DNA from: Candidatus Dojkabacteria bacterium
GTDB taxonomy: Bacteria; Patescibacteriota; Dojkabacteria; JAHIVN01
Direction of reading: 5' to 3'
DNA length: 64,000 nt
NCBI GenBank assembly: GCA_016932045.1
Contig: JAFGDO010000010.1
Coordinates: 1,759 to 65,758, forward strand
Part shown: piece by piece, positions 9,834-19,570 of the stretch
How positions within the stretch are numbered: the first letter of the stretch is position 1
Layout of the letters: each line of letters begins with the position of its first letter
Notes under the pieces: generated by a model
What the model was told of the DNA's origin: nothing
What the model saw: only the letters and a program-made list of their open reading frames with translations
Database searches by the model: none
Translations under genes and position numbers: made by a program

Positions 9834-10816
9834 AGTACTCTCCCAAGCTTTTGTGGATCATGCCTGCTTAGACTTCTTTTTAGGTAATCTCCTTTATCTT
9901 TTGCTACTTCAGAATTTGATATCAGATCATCCCTTACTACTATATAATCCTCCTTATCAGTTGTGTCATCAAGAATTGGTTTTTCCCCTTCTAATTTAAA
10001 GTACTTTTGGATAATTTCCTTAGCAATCGGAGCATTATTTACAAGAACAGTATCCGGCTTACGTTTTGTATATTTAGAAATCTCATTTACTAAGTCCCTT
10101 ACTCCCATTCCACGAGTTTGCCCATTCTTTGTCATTAAGTTACTGATAAATATAAACTCCCCCTCATTCTCTTTGAATGCATCGGGAATGCCATCAACAA
10201 TAATATTGGCAAGTGTACTGGTATACGAATCTCCCGGACCGGCTATAATGAAATCCGCTTCTTTAATAGCCTTCCTAGCTTCTGGATTAGCTTTCGCTTT
10301 CGGCTTAAGGTAGAAATTCACAATTCTTTCATTTCTTTCGACTTCAGGTTCGTCAATCAAGTGCTCACCACAGATAACGTCTCCATCTTCAAATTCTGCA
10401 ACAAGCCTAACATTCTCAAGGGTCACAGGGATGACCTCCCCCGAAACATCAAATAGTTTACAACTTGCCTTTACAGCACCTAGCTCAGAACCGGTAATAT
10501 CAGATAGTGCCATCATTATGATGTTTCCCAAAGTATGTCCTTTAAACCCCTTTCCTTTATCAAACCTATAAGTAAACAATTCGCGGAATAAACCATTTCC
10601 CTTTTCGGATAATGCAATAATCGACTTTCTCAAGTCACTTAGAGGCAAAAGACCAAATTCATCTCTTACAACGCGATTGCTTCCTCCTTCGTCCATCATA
10701 CTAACTATGACACTTAAGTCTAAATCTTTGTGGTTTTTTAGTCCGGAAAGCACGGGTATAGTACCAGTACCTCCACCAATCGCAACTACTTTCTTCTTAT
10801 TTGATTTAGTTTTCAT
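9803..10816 (-). CDS. YvcK/CofD family protein (gluconeogenesis factor / UPF0052).
   Basis: An N-terminal VVAIGGGTGTIPVLSGLK motif typical of the YvcK/CofD family. It lies 9 nt downstream of glmS on the same strand. Confidence 0.8.
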   Translation of the reverse strand: MKTKSNKKKVVAIGGGTGTIPVLSGLKNHKDLDLSVIVSMMDEGGSNRVVRDEFGLLPLSDLRKSIIALSEKGNGLFRELFTYRFDKGKGFKGHTLGNIIMMALSDITGSELGAVKASCKLFDVSGEVIPVTLENVRLVAEFEDGDVICGEHLIDEPEVERNERIVNFYLKPKAKANPEARKAIKEADFIIAGPGDSYTSTLANIIVDGIPDAFKENEGEFIFISNLMTKNGQTRGMGVRDLVNEISKYTKRKPDTVLVNNAPIAKEIIQKYFKLEGEKPILDDTTDKEDYIVVRDDLISNSEVAKDKGDYLKRSLSRHDPQKLGRVLYEIISGNRF

Positions 10817-10825
10817 GTGTTTATT

Positions 10826-12592
10826 CTACTTAACTGTTACACTTTTTGCTAAATTCCTGGGTTTATCAGGAGTATTTCCTAGTTCAACAGCTAGATAATA
10901 AGCCAGCAACTGAAATGTAATAACTTTTGCAATCGGATCGGCAATTCCGGCGTCAACTGTCGGGATAAAATTATCAAATAACTCATTATTCTTACTTGAA
11001 ATTCCAATTACCCAAGCTCCTCTTGCTTTCACTTCTGCAGCAGCACTCAAAAGATCATCTTTAACATCATCTTCCGACACAATAACGAAAACAGGTGTAC
11101 GTTTTTCAATTAAAGCTATAACACCGTGTTTCAGCTCACCCGACGCAAATCCTTCTGCATGCTTATATGCTGTTTCTTTTAGCTTCAAAGCTCCTTCAAG
11201 CGACATATAATAGTTCTGCTCCCTTCCAAGGACAAATATATGCTCTTTACGCAACAATTCCTTTGCAAGCTTTCTTATGTTCTTGAAAAGATCCTCATTG
11301 AAGTACTTCTCAAGCTTTTTTGAGAATTCTTCAATACTTCTTTTCACAAATTTGTGTTTCCCGGCAACTGAAAAAGCAAGCAATAGTCCCCATGCCACTT
11401 GAGACGTAAAGGCTTTTGTAGAAACAACACATATTTCAGGTCCGCTACGAGTAAAGAATGGATAATCCGACATCCGCGGAATGCTGGACCCGACCATATT
11501 TACAATACTCGCAACTTTTGCTTCCCGAGCTTTAGCAGCATCAATAGCCTCAATAGTATCAGCTGTTTCGCCGCTTTGACTAACAGCTATTATCAAATCA
11601 TTTTTTTGGAATAGCTGCTTATAACTATCAACTTCATAGGCCTTTAGTTCAACAGCTGGGATACTTGCATATTTACGTAAGAAATAAGCGATCTGGCCAG
11701 CAGCGAAACTAGCTGTTCCAGAACCAACAGTATAAACGTTCTTTGCTGATTTTATAGACTTCATAAGTCCTTTCAGTTCTTCAATACTATACTGAACTGC
11801 TTCACGAACAGTATGCTTTTGCTCAACAATTTCTTTAAGCATATAATGAGGAAAACCTGCTTTATCTATAGATACGTCCCTATGATCTAGCTTCTGCAGT
11901 TTATACTTTCTCCTTTTGCCATCAGAAACCCTAAAGATATTCACTCCCTCATCGTCCAAAACAACCATTTCCAAGTTGTCAACAAATATGACATCATCTG
12001 TCTTATCAGCAAAAGATAAGGTATCGGAAGCAATAAAAATCTCATCCTTTCCGACGCCAACAACCAAGGGAGATCCGTTACGAACTGCAAAAATTCGTCC
12101 AGCTTTAGTAAGCAGAATAATAGTGTTTCTACCTTGAAGCTTTTTGAAAGCCCAGATAATAGCTTTTTGTAAACCCTTACTGCGCTTTAGCTCATCTTCG
12201 ATAAGTCTTACTATAATTTCAGTATCGGTTTCTGAAATAAACTTATAGCCTCTTGCCGCAAGTCTTCTCTTCAAGTTCTGATAATTTTCTACAATTCCGT
12301 TTTGAGCTAGTACAAAGCTTTTATCCGAAGCATAATGCGGGTGAGCATTTACTTTTGTAACTCCTCCATGTGTTGCCCAGCGAGTATGTCCTATGCCAAT
12401 AACTGCATTATCTTCTCTTTCAAGAACCTTAATATCTCCAATTGCCCCGACCTTTTTAGCCACTGAAATTTTCCCCTTTTTCAAGCTCGATACACCCCAT
12501 GAATCATAACCCCGGTATTCAAGTCTTTTAAGCCCAGTAAGAATTGTATTTAAAGCACCTTTTTTCCCTTTATAGCCGAATATACCACACAT
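10826..12592 (-). CDS. glmS: Glutamine--fructose-6-phosphate aminotransferase. The ORF-track ORF is N-terminally over-extended.
   Basis: MCGIFGY places the class II amidotransferase nucleophile Cys at position 2, followed by two SIS domains. Twenty-four upstream codons (MQLVIV...) precede this conserved start, so the true start is most likely the internal Met at about 12590-12592. Confidence 0.9.
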   Translation of the reverse strand: MCGIFGYKGKKGALNTILTGLKRLEYRGYDSWGVSSLKKGKISVAKKVGAIGDIKVLEREDNAVIGIGHTRWATHGGVTKVNAHPHYASDKSFVLAQNGIVENYQNLKRRLAARGYKFISETDTEIIVRLIEDELKRSKGLQKAIIWAFKKLQGRNTIILLTKAGRIFAVRNGSPLVVGVGKDEIFIASDTLSFADKTDDVIFVDNLEMVVLDDEGVNIFRVSDGKRRKYKLQKLDHRDVSIDKAGFPHYMLKEIVEQKHTVREAVQYSIEELKGLMKSIKSAKNVYTVGSGTASFAAGQIAYFLRKYASIPAVELKAYEVDSYKQLFQKNDLIIAVSQSGETADTIEAIDAAKAREAKVASIVNMVGSSIPRMSDYPFFTRSGPEICVVSTKAFTSQVAWGLLLAFSVAGKHKFVKRSIEEFSKKLEKYFNEDLFKNIRKLAKELLRKEHIFVLGREQNYYMSLEGALKLKETAYKHAEGFASGELKHGVIALIEKRTPVFVIVSEDDVKDDLLSAAAEVKARGAWVIGISSKNNELFDNFIPTVDAGIADPIAKVITFQLLAYYLAVELGNTPDKPRNLAKSVTVK

Positions 12593-12816
12593 TTTTAAAA
12601 TTAATGTAACATTTATATAGTCTAATTTGCGTCTTGTTATATCTGAAACGATGACTAATTGCATTCCTTACAAATATATGTCATAAGAAGTGAAAGGCAA
12701 AAAGCATAAAGCGCTACGCTAAAAGTTACCAAGCTAGAAAGCTGAAAGCAAATAGAGAACAGCTGATAGCTATGAGATGTAAATTATGAGATATGAGTTA
12801 TTAAGATTTATAAACC

Positions 12817-13548
12817 GTGATTAACTTTTCAGTAATAGTTCCGACATTAAACGAAAGGGTGACTATACCTATACTTCTAAATTCACTCGAAAATCAAACA
12901 CTTAAAACTTTTGAGGTTATAGTTGTCGATAACGGTTCAACGGATGGTACAGTAAATGTTATTAAAAGTATTAAAGAAAAATATCCTTTTCCGATAAGGC
13001 AAGTCTTTTTTAAACAACGTGGAATAAGTCATGCCCGAAACCACGGATCAAAATATGCTAAAGGCAAATATCTCATCTTTTTTGATGCTGATGGAATAGT
13101 GCATAGACAGTGGATTAAAAATGCCGCAGATATTTTAGAGAGGGATAGTGAAATACTTGTCTTGAGTGGTTTCCTAATTTACAGACATTCTAACTTCTTA
13201 AAATTCCTGCTTTATAATAGTTACTCTTCTATTGGATACACAATTCTAATCATACTTCAAAGAGTTTTTAAAATTGGCTATTTTTTTCTGGGGAACAATA
13301 TGCTCATTGATAAAGAATTCTTCACAAAACTCGGCAAGTTCCCCCACATTGTTGGAGAAGATATGGCACTGACTCAGAAAGCTCTATCCTCTATAAAGGA
13401 TCACAAAAGATTTAGGTCAGAATTTAACTTAAAAGTATACAATTCTTCAAGACGTTTTGAGCAAAGAGGGTTCATAAGTTCGCTTATTGGATGGATAGTG
13501 GATTTCAAAAACAAAAAAAGTTCAAGCAAATACGATGTGTATAGATAA
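12817..13548 (+). CDS. Family 2 glycosyltransferase with a GTG start.
   Basis: FSVIVPTLNE...VIVVDNGSTDGT and a DAD-like FFDADG motif. GTG at 12817 is preceded by an in-frame TAA. Confidence 0.8.
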   Translation: MINFSVIVPTLNERVTIPILLNSLENQTLKTFEVIVVDNGSTDGTVNVIKSIKEKYPFPIRQVFFKQRGISHARNHGSKYAKGKYLIFFDADGIVHRQWIKNAADILERDSEILVLSGFLIYRHSNFLKFLLYNSYSSIGYTILIILQRVFKIGYFFLGNNMLIDKEFFTKLGKFPHIVGEDMALTQKALSSIKDHKRFRSEFNLKVYNSSRRFEQRGFISSLIGWIVDFKNKKSSSKYDVYR

Positions 13549-13590
13549 ACAGTCAAATAGTTGAATAGCTAGCTAGTTACATTTTTTCCT

Positions 13591-13655
13591 CTAGATGAAG
13601 GTTAAACCTTCATCTAGTATGGATCCATATTGAGACGAAAGTTAAACTTTCGTCC
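13591..13655. repeat. Two tandem variant copies of one 21-nt palindrome (GATGAAGGTTAAACCTTCATC and GACGAAAGTTAAACTTTCGTC) between convergent genes.
   Basis: Perfect hairpins at 13591-13617 and 13635-13655. They differ at two positions, each matched by a compensatory change on the opposite arm. Neither is followed by a U-tract. Confidence 0.5.
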
Positions 13656-13676
13656 ATTGGGAGTTAGGCTGCTACT

Positions 13677-14429
13677 TCATACCTTTTGCATCCTCCCCTC
13701 AACAGGTTTCAAAAGCTTCTCTCTATGATACTTCGTATTTCGCAAATTAGTCCCAATTCCAAGATATATCTTGTGTCCACCTATTCTTTCAAGAAGCCCC
13801 ATACCTAGAACAACGCCATAATCACGTATATCAAACTTCCATTTGAGAAAATTTTTGTCAAGATATTTTGTAGCAGATTTGTTAAGCTCATCAAAAGACA
13901 AATTGGTATCTATATCTATCTGGAAATGAGGGATCCATTCATCAGAGTAGCCTTTACCAAACTCAGATAATACTATCTCAAATAAAGGGGACTCCCACTT
14001 GACTTTGTCACCTATGAAAAACCATCTCGAGGTTTTGTTACCAGAATCTTCTTCAAAAATTTCCACATCGGCATTTTCAGCAATTCTTTTATAATAAGCC
14101 ACTTCCTTTTCAATAAAATTACATGAATAACTTACTCCTAGATGATTTAATCTTACTATTTGAGGGCGCATATTCCTGATAAATTCTTTAAAACTAGACA
14201 AAAGGGAAATATCTCTCATTCCTTGCTTCTTTGTCTTCATTTTTGAAGTTATTTCTTTACCAAGAATGCTAACTTTTTCTCCGACTACCTGGGCCAGCTC
14301 TCCAGTTTTTAGCCTTAGAGAGCAACTGGCACCCTCTACTAATAAACTCTTTGTTTCTAAATCATCTGAGAGTATTTGAAGGTACATACATACTTTACTT
14401 AAATAAGACATACCCCGCAAATCCTTCAT
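13677..14429 (-). CDS. Hypothetical protein, weakly VOC/glyoxalase-like.
   Basis: A 250-aa ORF. The RLNHLGVSY segment resembles the start of a VOC domain, with no firm assignment. Confidence 0.45.
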   Translation of the reverse strand: MKDLRGMSYLSKVCMYLQILSDDLETKSLLVEGASCSLRLKTGELAQVVGEKVSILGKEITSKMKTKKQGMRDISLLSSFKEFIRNMRPQIVRLNHLGVSYSCNFIEKEVAYYKRIAENADVEIFEEDSGNKTSRWFFIGDKVKWESPLFEIVLSEFGKGYSDEWIPHFQIDIDTNLSFDELNKSATKYLDKNFLKWKFDIRDYGVVLGMGLLERIGGHKIYLGIGTNLRNTKYHREKLLKPVEGRMQKV

Positions 14430-14848
14430 AAGTAATTTATATAGTTAAAGCATATTCCATTATATATTTTTATATCATCATAGCACTGCAGAGCGCCATC
14501 CTCAAATAAAATAACATAATTTGATTCTAAAAGTACAGCACCTTTCTAACTTGGAGTAATAATGTTTATTATAAACTCAACACAGGAAGGTACAAATTAA
14601 CTATAAAATTCAGAACAGTCATTTTATTCTAGCTTCTTCAAAATATTTCGAAACTACGAATACTTTATTTACTCTATTATAGGTTGCTCTGAGTAAGTAT
14701 ATTCTGGTAATATGAATTACTTGTGTCAAATTATAAAAGGCGACACCTCTGATATCTATATAAAGAAAACGGCGTTCCCTGGTAATACTCCCAAGGATAT
14801 TCTCAATTTTAGATAAATAACTATTTTTTACACGTTACTTTACACAGC

Positions 14849-17173
14849 ATGACCAGAAGACAATATTATAGGTCACGCGGCCGAAAAAGATTCTTTAGTA
14901 GATATCATAATAATCCACGGATTACAAGCATAAGAAAAAAAACAGTAAATCCATTACTTAGGAAAGCAAAAATGATAGGGGGAATTCTCGTAAATATTAT
15001 ACTTTTTTCCTTAATCTTTGTCTTACTATGGTGTCTTGCAATTATCGGCAAATACTCAAAGGATATCCCCAATCCAAATGAACCTTTTGAAAGGAAAGAA
15101 GATTTAACTAGTCACATATATGACAGAAATGGAAACGAACTATACAAAATACATGGGGATCAAAACAGAGAACTTGTTGAAGTTGAAGAAGTTCCTATAA
15201 GCGTATTGTGGGCCTTCCTGGCTTCTGAAGACATAGATTTCTATTCACATAATGGCATAGATTTTGGAGGTACTTTTATGGCACTGCTACATGATTGCTG
15301 CAATATTGGACAGCCAAGGGGTGGATCAACAATTACACAACAAATGCTCAAGAATACTGTACTATCGAATGAACGCACCTACGAGCGAAAAGCGAAAGAA
15401 ATCATCTTAAGCCTCAGAGTCGAACAAAAGTACAAAAAGAATGAAATTTTAAAACTGTATTTAAATGAAATAGGTTTCGGAGGAAACACATATGGTATCA
15501 AAACTGCTGCAAATGTATATTTCGACAAAGATGTAAAGGAGTTAACTCTTGGTGAAGCCGCTCTTCTTGCCGGTCTTCCACAAGCCCCGGGGAGATACTC
15601 TCCGCTATTTGCAGCAGATACTCAAGAAGCACAAAAGCTTGCTAAAGAAAGGCAGATTTATGTTTTGGATCAAATGCAGGAAAAAAAAGAGTTGATAAAC
15701 CAATATATTCAAGAATATAACACTTGGACTACCGATAAAGTCGAAATAACTGACGATATTATTCAAACCGCAAGAGAAGAGGAGATCACCTTTGCAGATG
15801 GGAAAATAGATATAAAAGCTCCTCATTTTGTTTTTTTTGTACAAGAAGAATTACAGATCGGCACTTATAATAGGGGGAAGTCCTTTACGCTTTCAGAAAT
15901 CGAACGAGGAGGGCTGAAGATAACAACCTCCCTCGATCTTGAACTCCAAGAAATTGCAGAAAGACACATAAAAGATGGCATACCCAAATGGGTGATTCCG
16001 CACGGTGGGTATAATGCCGCGCTTGTCACTTTGGACCCAGACACTGGGCAAATACTTGCTATGGTGGGATCTGGGGACTATTTTGGACAAAATTTCCCCG
16101 AGGGTTGCACTCCTGGTTTAGATTGCAAGTTTGAACCCAATGTAAACGTTGCCATTTCCTTGCGTCAGCCCGGATCGTCTATAAAACCTATGGTTTATTT
16201 TACAGGCTTTGAAACAGGACAGCTATATCCTGCTTATCCATTTGTTGATATGCCAATAAAGTTTTCAGACAACTATGAGCCAAGAAACAACAGCGGAACA
16301 TTCCTATATGGACCAATAAACTTAAGGCAGGCACTTCGGGAATCTTTAAATATTCCAGCCGTTGAAGCAACAGAAATTATTGGTGTTGATAATTTCGTTA
16401 AAAGTTTACAAAGACTTGGATATACAACCTATGACAGTTCTGCCTATTTTGGACCGGCAATAGGAGTAGGAGCAGGTGATGTTAAACTCATTGAGCATGT
16501 AAATGCCTTTGCTGTTTTTGCAGCAAATGGTATACATAATAAGCCGTCACCAATTCTCAGAGTCGAGGATTCAGAAGGAAATCTCCTTTACGATTACTAC
16601 CTAGACGAAAAGGAGAAGGGGATTAAAGTTGCAGATGAAAGGGCGTGCTATCTCATTAATGATGTAGCTAAATTTTACCACTATCGCCCTTCAAAGCCTG
16701 GATATGAATTTGCAGGAAAGACAGGGACATCCGATAATAACACCAATACTTACTATATAGGATGGTCGCCGGAAGTAGTCACGGGTATCTGGGTAGGAAA
16801 TAACGACAACTCAAGAATGTATAGATCCGCCTACGGATATACAACAGCGAGATACATTTGGATGGCTTACAACGAAGAAATACTTGAAAGGTTTCCTGCA
16901 GCAAAATTCCAAAGACCTCCTGGCATAGTGACTGCATCTGTATGCCAAGACAGCGGTCTCCTAGCTACGGGAAACTGCAGCGCAATAAGCGATCTCTTCA
17001 TTGCTGACAAACTCCCATCAGTTGACACTTCAACTTCGGCACAAAAGTCGTGTTCTTATGAAGTAAATAGGGATGATCCAAGCATAAAAAAATGGGTTTG
17101 TTCAAATAAATATAGCCGCTACATCAAGGCACCTAAGCCTGAATGGCAGGTGTATTGGGATAAGGTATTTTGA
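14849..17173 (+). CDS. Class A penicillin-binding protein (PBP1A-type; GT51 transglycosylase plus transpeptidase), copy 1.
   Basis: GT51 motifs (GGSTITQQMLKN, RKAKEIILSLRVEQ) and transpeptidase motifs SxxK (PGSSIKP) and KTG (KTGTSDN). A basic N-terminal tail precedes a TM anchor. Confidence 0.9.
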   Translation: MTRRQYYRSRGRKRFFSRYHNNPRITSIRKKTVNPLLRKAKMIGGILVNIILFSLIFVLLWCLAIIGKYSKDIPNPNEPFERKEDLTSHIYDRNGNELYKIHGDQNRELVEVEEVPISVLWAFLASEDIDFYSHNGIDFGGTFMALLHDCCNIGQPRGGSTITQQMLKNTVLSNERTYERKAKEIILSLRVEQKYKKNEILKLYLNEIGFGGNTYGIKTAANVYFDKDVKELTLGEAALLAGLPQAPGRYSPLFAADTQEAQKLAKERQIYVLDQMQEKKELINQYIQEYNTWTTDKVEITDDIIQTAREEEITFADGKIDIKAPHFVFFVQEELQIGTYNRGKSFTLSEIERGGLKITTSLDLELQEIAERHIKDGIPKWVIPHGGYNAALVTLDPDTGQILAMVGSGDYFGQNFPEGCTPGLDCKFEPNVNVAISLRQPGSSIKPMVYFTGFETGQLYPAYPFVDMPIKFSDNYEPRNNSGTFLYGPINLRQALRESLNIPAVEATEIIGVDNFVKSLQRLGYTTYDSSAYFGPAIGVGAGDVKLIEHVNAFAVFAANGIHNKPSPILRVEDSEGNLLYDYYLDEKEKGIKVADERACYLINDVAKFYHYRPSKPGYEFAGKTGTSDNNTNTYYIGWSPEVVTGIWVGNNDNSRMYRSAYGYTTARYIWMAYNEEILERFPAAKFQRPPGIVTASVCQDSGLLATGNCSAISDLFIADKLPSVDTSTSAQKSCSYEVNRDDPSIKKWVCSNKYSRYIKAPKPEWQVYWDKVF

Positions 17174-17374
17174 TTCATAGTTGCCGGTTTAAAGCTCCAG
17201 CTTTGAACCAGCAAGACAATTGAAGGTTTTTCCTTCAATCAGTACTGAAAAATAAGATAAGGAGCAAAAGTCCCTTGTACCAAAGGTTAGTTTAACCCTC
17301 CACGATTGAACAATTTATCACTTGCAAGATCTTTTGAAAAATATAAGAATAAGACTAACTAAAAGAATAGTAAA

Positions 17375-18349
17375 ATGAAAAGTAAGCTAAAGATCATAAT
17401 TCTTCTTATATTTGCAACTTTGTCTATACTCCTTTTGCTTCCCTATATTATTCCCCTTAAGAGAATGGAGACTTGTACAAAAGAAGACCTAGTCTCAGAT
17501 AATGGTACTTTCCTACTTGTTGAAGGGAAACAAATTTATATAGAAGATTTTGGCAGTAAAAGTTCAGAAAAAGTTCTAGTATTCATTCACGGATTTGGAT
17601 CGAACAATTATTCCTGGAGAAAGAACATCCCTTTCTTCACCGAAAAAGGCTATAGAGCCATAGCCATAGAACTTTTAGGCTTTGGTTTATCTGATAAAGA
17701 CTGGAAATCAGATTATTCTCATCCAGCCCAAGCTGATAGGATAAAAAGTATTCTGGATCAACTAGAACTTAATAATGTAACATTAGTGGGTCATAGTATG
17801 GGAGGAAATGTTGCAGTGCATTTTACTCATAAATATCCAGAATATGTTGATAAGTTAATATTAGTCGATGGGTCAGTCTTTACAAAGTCCATCAATGGAC
17901 ATCCAAATCTTCCCCTTAGTTTCTTTCTCGAATTACCGCCAATCAGAAGAACTGCTCGTCATATCTTAAGATTTTTCCTTACTGAAGAAAGATCAAAGCA
18001 GATATTCCAGAGTACATTCTATAATAAAGATTATTTAACAAACGAAATACTTGAAGGTTATGGAGAAAGAACAATAATAGGCGAGTGGGACCTTTCCTTA
18101 CTTGCAGCAACAAGAGATTACAACAGAAATATGATAAAATTTGAATTACAAGAAATAAAGACCACTACACTTGTTATAACAGGAGATAATGACACATGGG
18201 TTAGCCCTGATTTAGCAGAGCGAATCAGCAGGGAAATTGAGCCTTCAGAACTTATAATTATTTCTAATGCTGGTCATCTGCCTATGGAAGAACAATCTGA
18301 AATCTTTAACCAAGAACTATACGCATTCTTAACTACTGATTATGAATAA
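17375..18349 (+). CDS. Alpha/beta hydrolase with an N-terminal TM anchor.
   Basis: A GHSMGG nucleophile elbow and a downstream His (SNAGHLP). Confidence 0.8.
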   Translation: MKSKLKIIILLIFATLSILLLLPYIIPLKRMETCTKEDLVSDNGTFLLVEGKQIYIEDFGSKSSEKVLVFIHGFGSNNYSWRKNIPFFTEKGYRAIAIELLGFGLSDKDWKSDYSHPAQADRIKSILDQLELNNVTLVGHSMGGNVAVHFTHKYPEYVDKLILVDGSVFTKSINGHPNLPLSFFLELPPIRRTARHILRFFLTEERSKQIFQSTFYNKDYLTNEILEGYGERTIIGEWDLSLLAATRDYNRNMIKFELQEIKTTTLVITGDNDTWVSPDLAERISREIEPSELIIISNAGHLPMEEQSEIFNQELYAFLTTDYE

Positions 18350-18393
18350 TTGTCATAAGTCCATAAAAGATCAAGTTTTATCGAACATCTATA

Positions 18394-19152
18394 TTGTGTG
18401 ATCTATTCTTTTCTTTTATCTGTAAATATAACATGGGTGATCTTCTTCCTACCAAAAAAGCATTTGTTCATAAAGATCCCAAAGCCATCCTTGATTACTG
18501 GGAACAGCAGTTCAGTACGTCTTATAAAATAGGCAAAATCAGTAGTGAGAATCAAAAAATACTAAAAACCCTAGTCAAAAACGTCTCAAAAGGGAAAATG
18601 CTTGATAATGGCTGTGGTGAAGGTAGGATAAAGCAATTTTTCGAAAAACTGGGGTGGGAAGTCTACGGAAGTGACATTTCTTCAAATGCAATTAAGAAGG
18701 CATCCGAAATAACTCCAGTGAATTTAGTTTGTGCTCCATGCGAGAATTTACCTTTTCGGGACAAATTTTTCGATGCACAGATTTCGTGGAGAGTGCTTCA
18801 CAGTATCCCAAAACCAAAAAGGAAAAAAGCAGTAAAAGAAATGGCCCGTGTACTCAAAAAGAATAGCCTTCTTTTCTGTTCTGTACAAACAGCAGATGAC
18901 AAAGAAACGATCAGTAAGTATAGAAAACATGGTATTGAGTTGAATTATGATAGGCTTTCCTTTGTTGCTGACATAATGGTGGAGGGAAGAAAAGTCCAGA
19001 GATTAAAGCACTTTTATACAAAAAAAGACATCTTTCAAGAAATTGAATCAGGAGGATTATTTCAAGTCGAAAAAATCCTTCTTTATAAGGAAAAATGTGG
19101 ATGGAGTAATAAGAAGCAAACGTACTGGATAGTAACTGCCAAAAAATTTTAA
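18394..19152 (+). CDS. Class I SAM-dependent methyltransferase.
   Basis: Motif I LDNGCGEGR and a downstream acidic motif (YGSDIS). Confidence 0.7.
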   Translation: MCDLFFSFICKYNMGDLLPTKKAFVHKDPKAILDYWEQQFSTSYKIGKISSENQKILKTLVKNVSKGKMLDNGCGEGRIKQFFEKLGWEVYGSDISSNAIKKASEITPVNLVCAPCENLPFRDKFFDAQISWRVLHSIPKPKRKKAVKEMARVLKKNSLLFCSVQTADDKETISKYRKHGIELNYDRLSFVADIMVEGRKVQRLKHFYTKKDIFQEIESGGLFQVEKILLYKEKCGWSNKKQTYWIVTAKKF

Positions 19153-19164
19153 AAGAACAAAACT

Positions 19165-19392
19165 ATGCCTTGGCATTTATACTCACCAGATGGGATTACA
19201 CCTGCCCCGCAATATATGGATAAAGGAGAATCCGAACCAAGCCTGGGTAGACAAGCGGCTATTGCAATGGCAATACTCATTCTTGCAGCAAGTTGCGCTT
19301 TGTGCGGAAGACGTGAACAAAGAGATATTCAAAGTCCCATGACAACTCCTGTGGCAGAAAGACCAACTCTTCCTCAGATAGTTGAGCCCTAA
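19165..19392 (+). CDS. Small ORF (75 aa) in an anomalously GC-rich segment. Its coding status is doubtful.
   Basis: The ORF sits in a ~400-nt stretch whose GC content is visibly above that of its surroundings. It has an internal hydrophobic stretch, no SD, and no recognisable homology by inspection. Confidence 0.25.
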   Translation: MPWHLYSPDGITPAPQYMDKGESEPSLGRQAAIAMAILILAASCALCGRREQRDIQSPMTTPVAERPTLPQIVEP

Positions 19393-19410
19393 TCTAAACC
19401 AGAATTAATA

Positions 19411-19434
19411 GACAAGTGGCTTAAGCCCTTTGTC
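19411..19434. repeat. Degenerate copy of the ACAAGGGGCTTAAGCCCCTTG palindromic element.
   Basis: GACAAGTGGCTTAAGCCCTTTGTC shares the flanks and the GCTTAAGC core with the copies at 21611, 30753 and 32434. Confidence 0.4.
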
Positions 19435-19570
19435 CTAGAAGTTGATCCATCCGCCCCACTACCAAATACCAAACCTGGTCATTACGCAAAATCTTGCGTA
19501 ATGACTGGACTAGTCAAATCTGTTATACTTAACAAGACGCAACGTTTAAGTAGTACAATCACTAATACTA

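Noticed and set aside
10826-12664. The N-terminal 24-residue extension of the glmS ORF (MQLVIV...).
   Set aside because: GlmS requires Cys as the first residue after Met removal. MCGIFGY is the conserved start, so the extension is an ORF-calling artefact.
19165-19570. Possible SRP RNA, RNase P RNA or tmRNA in the GC-rich segment.
   Set aside because: I could not find the conserved SRP domain IV, RNase P P4 (GGAAAGUCCGG / ACAGAA) or the tmRNA tRNA-like end by eye. It is left as an unassigned anomaly.
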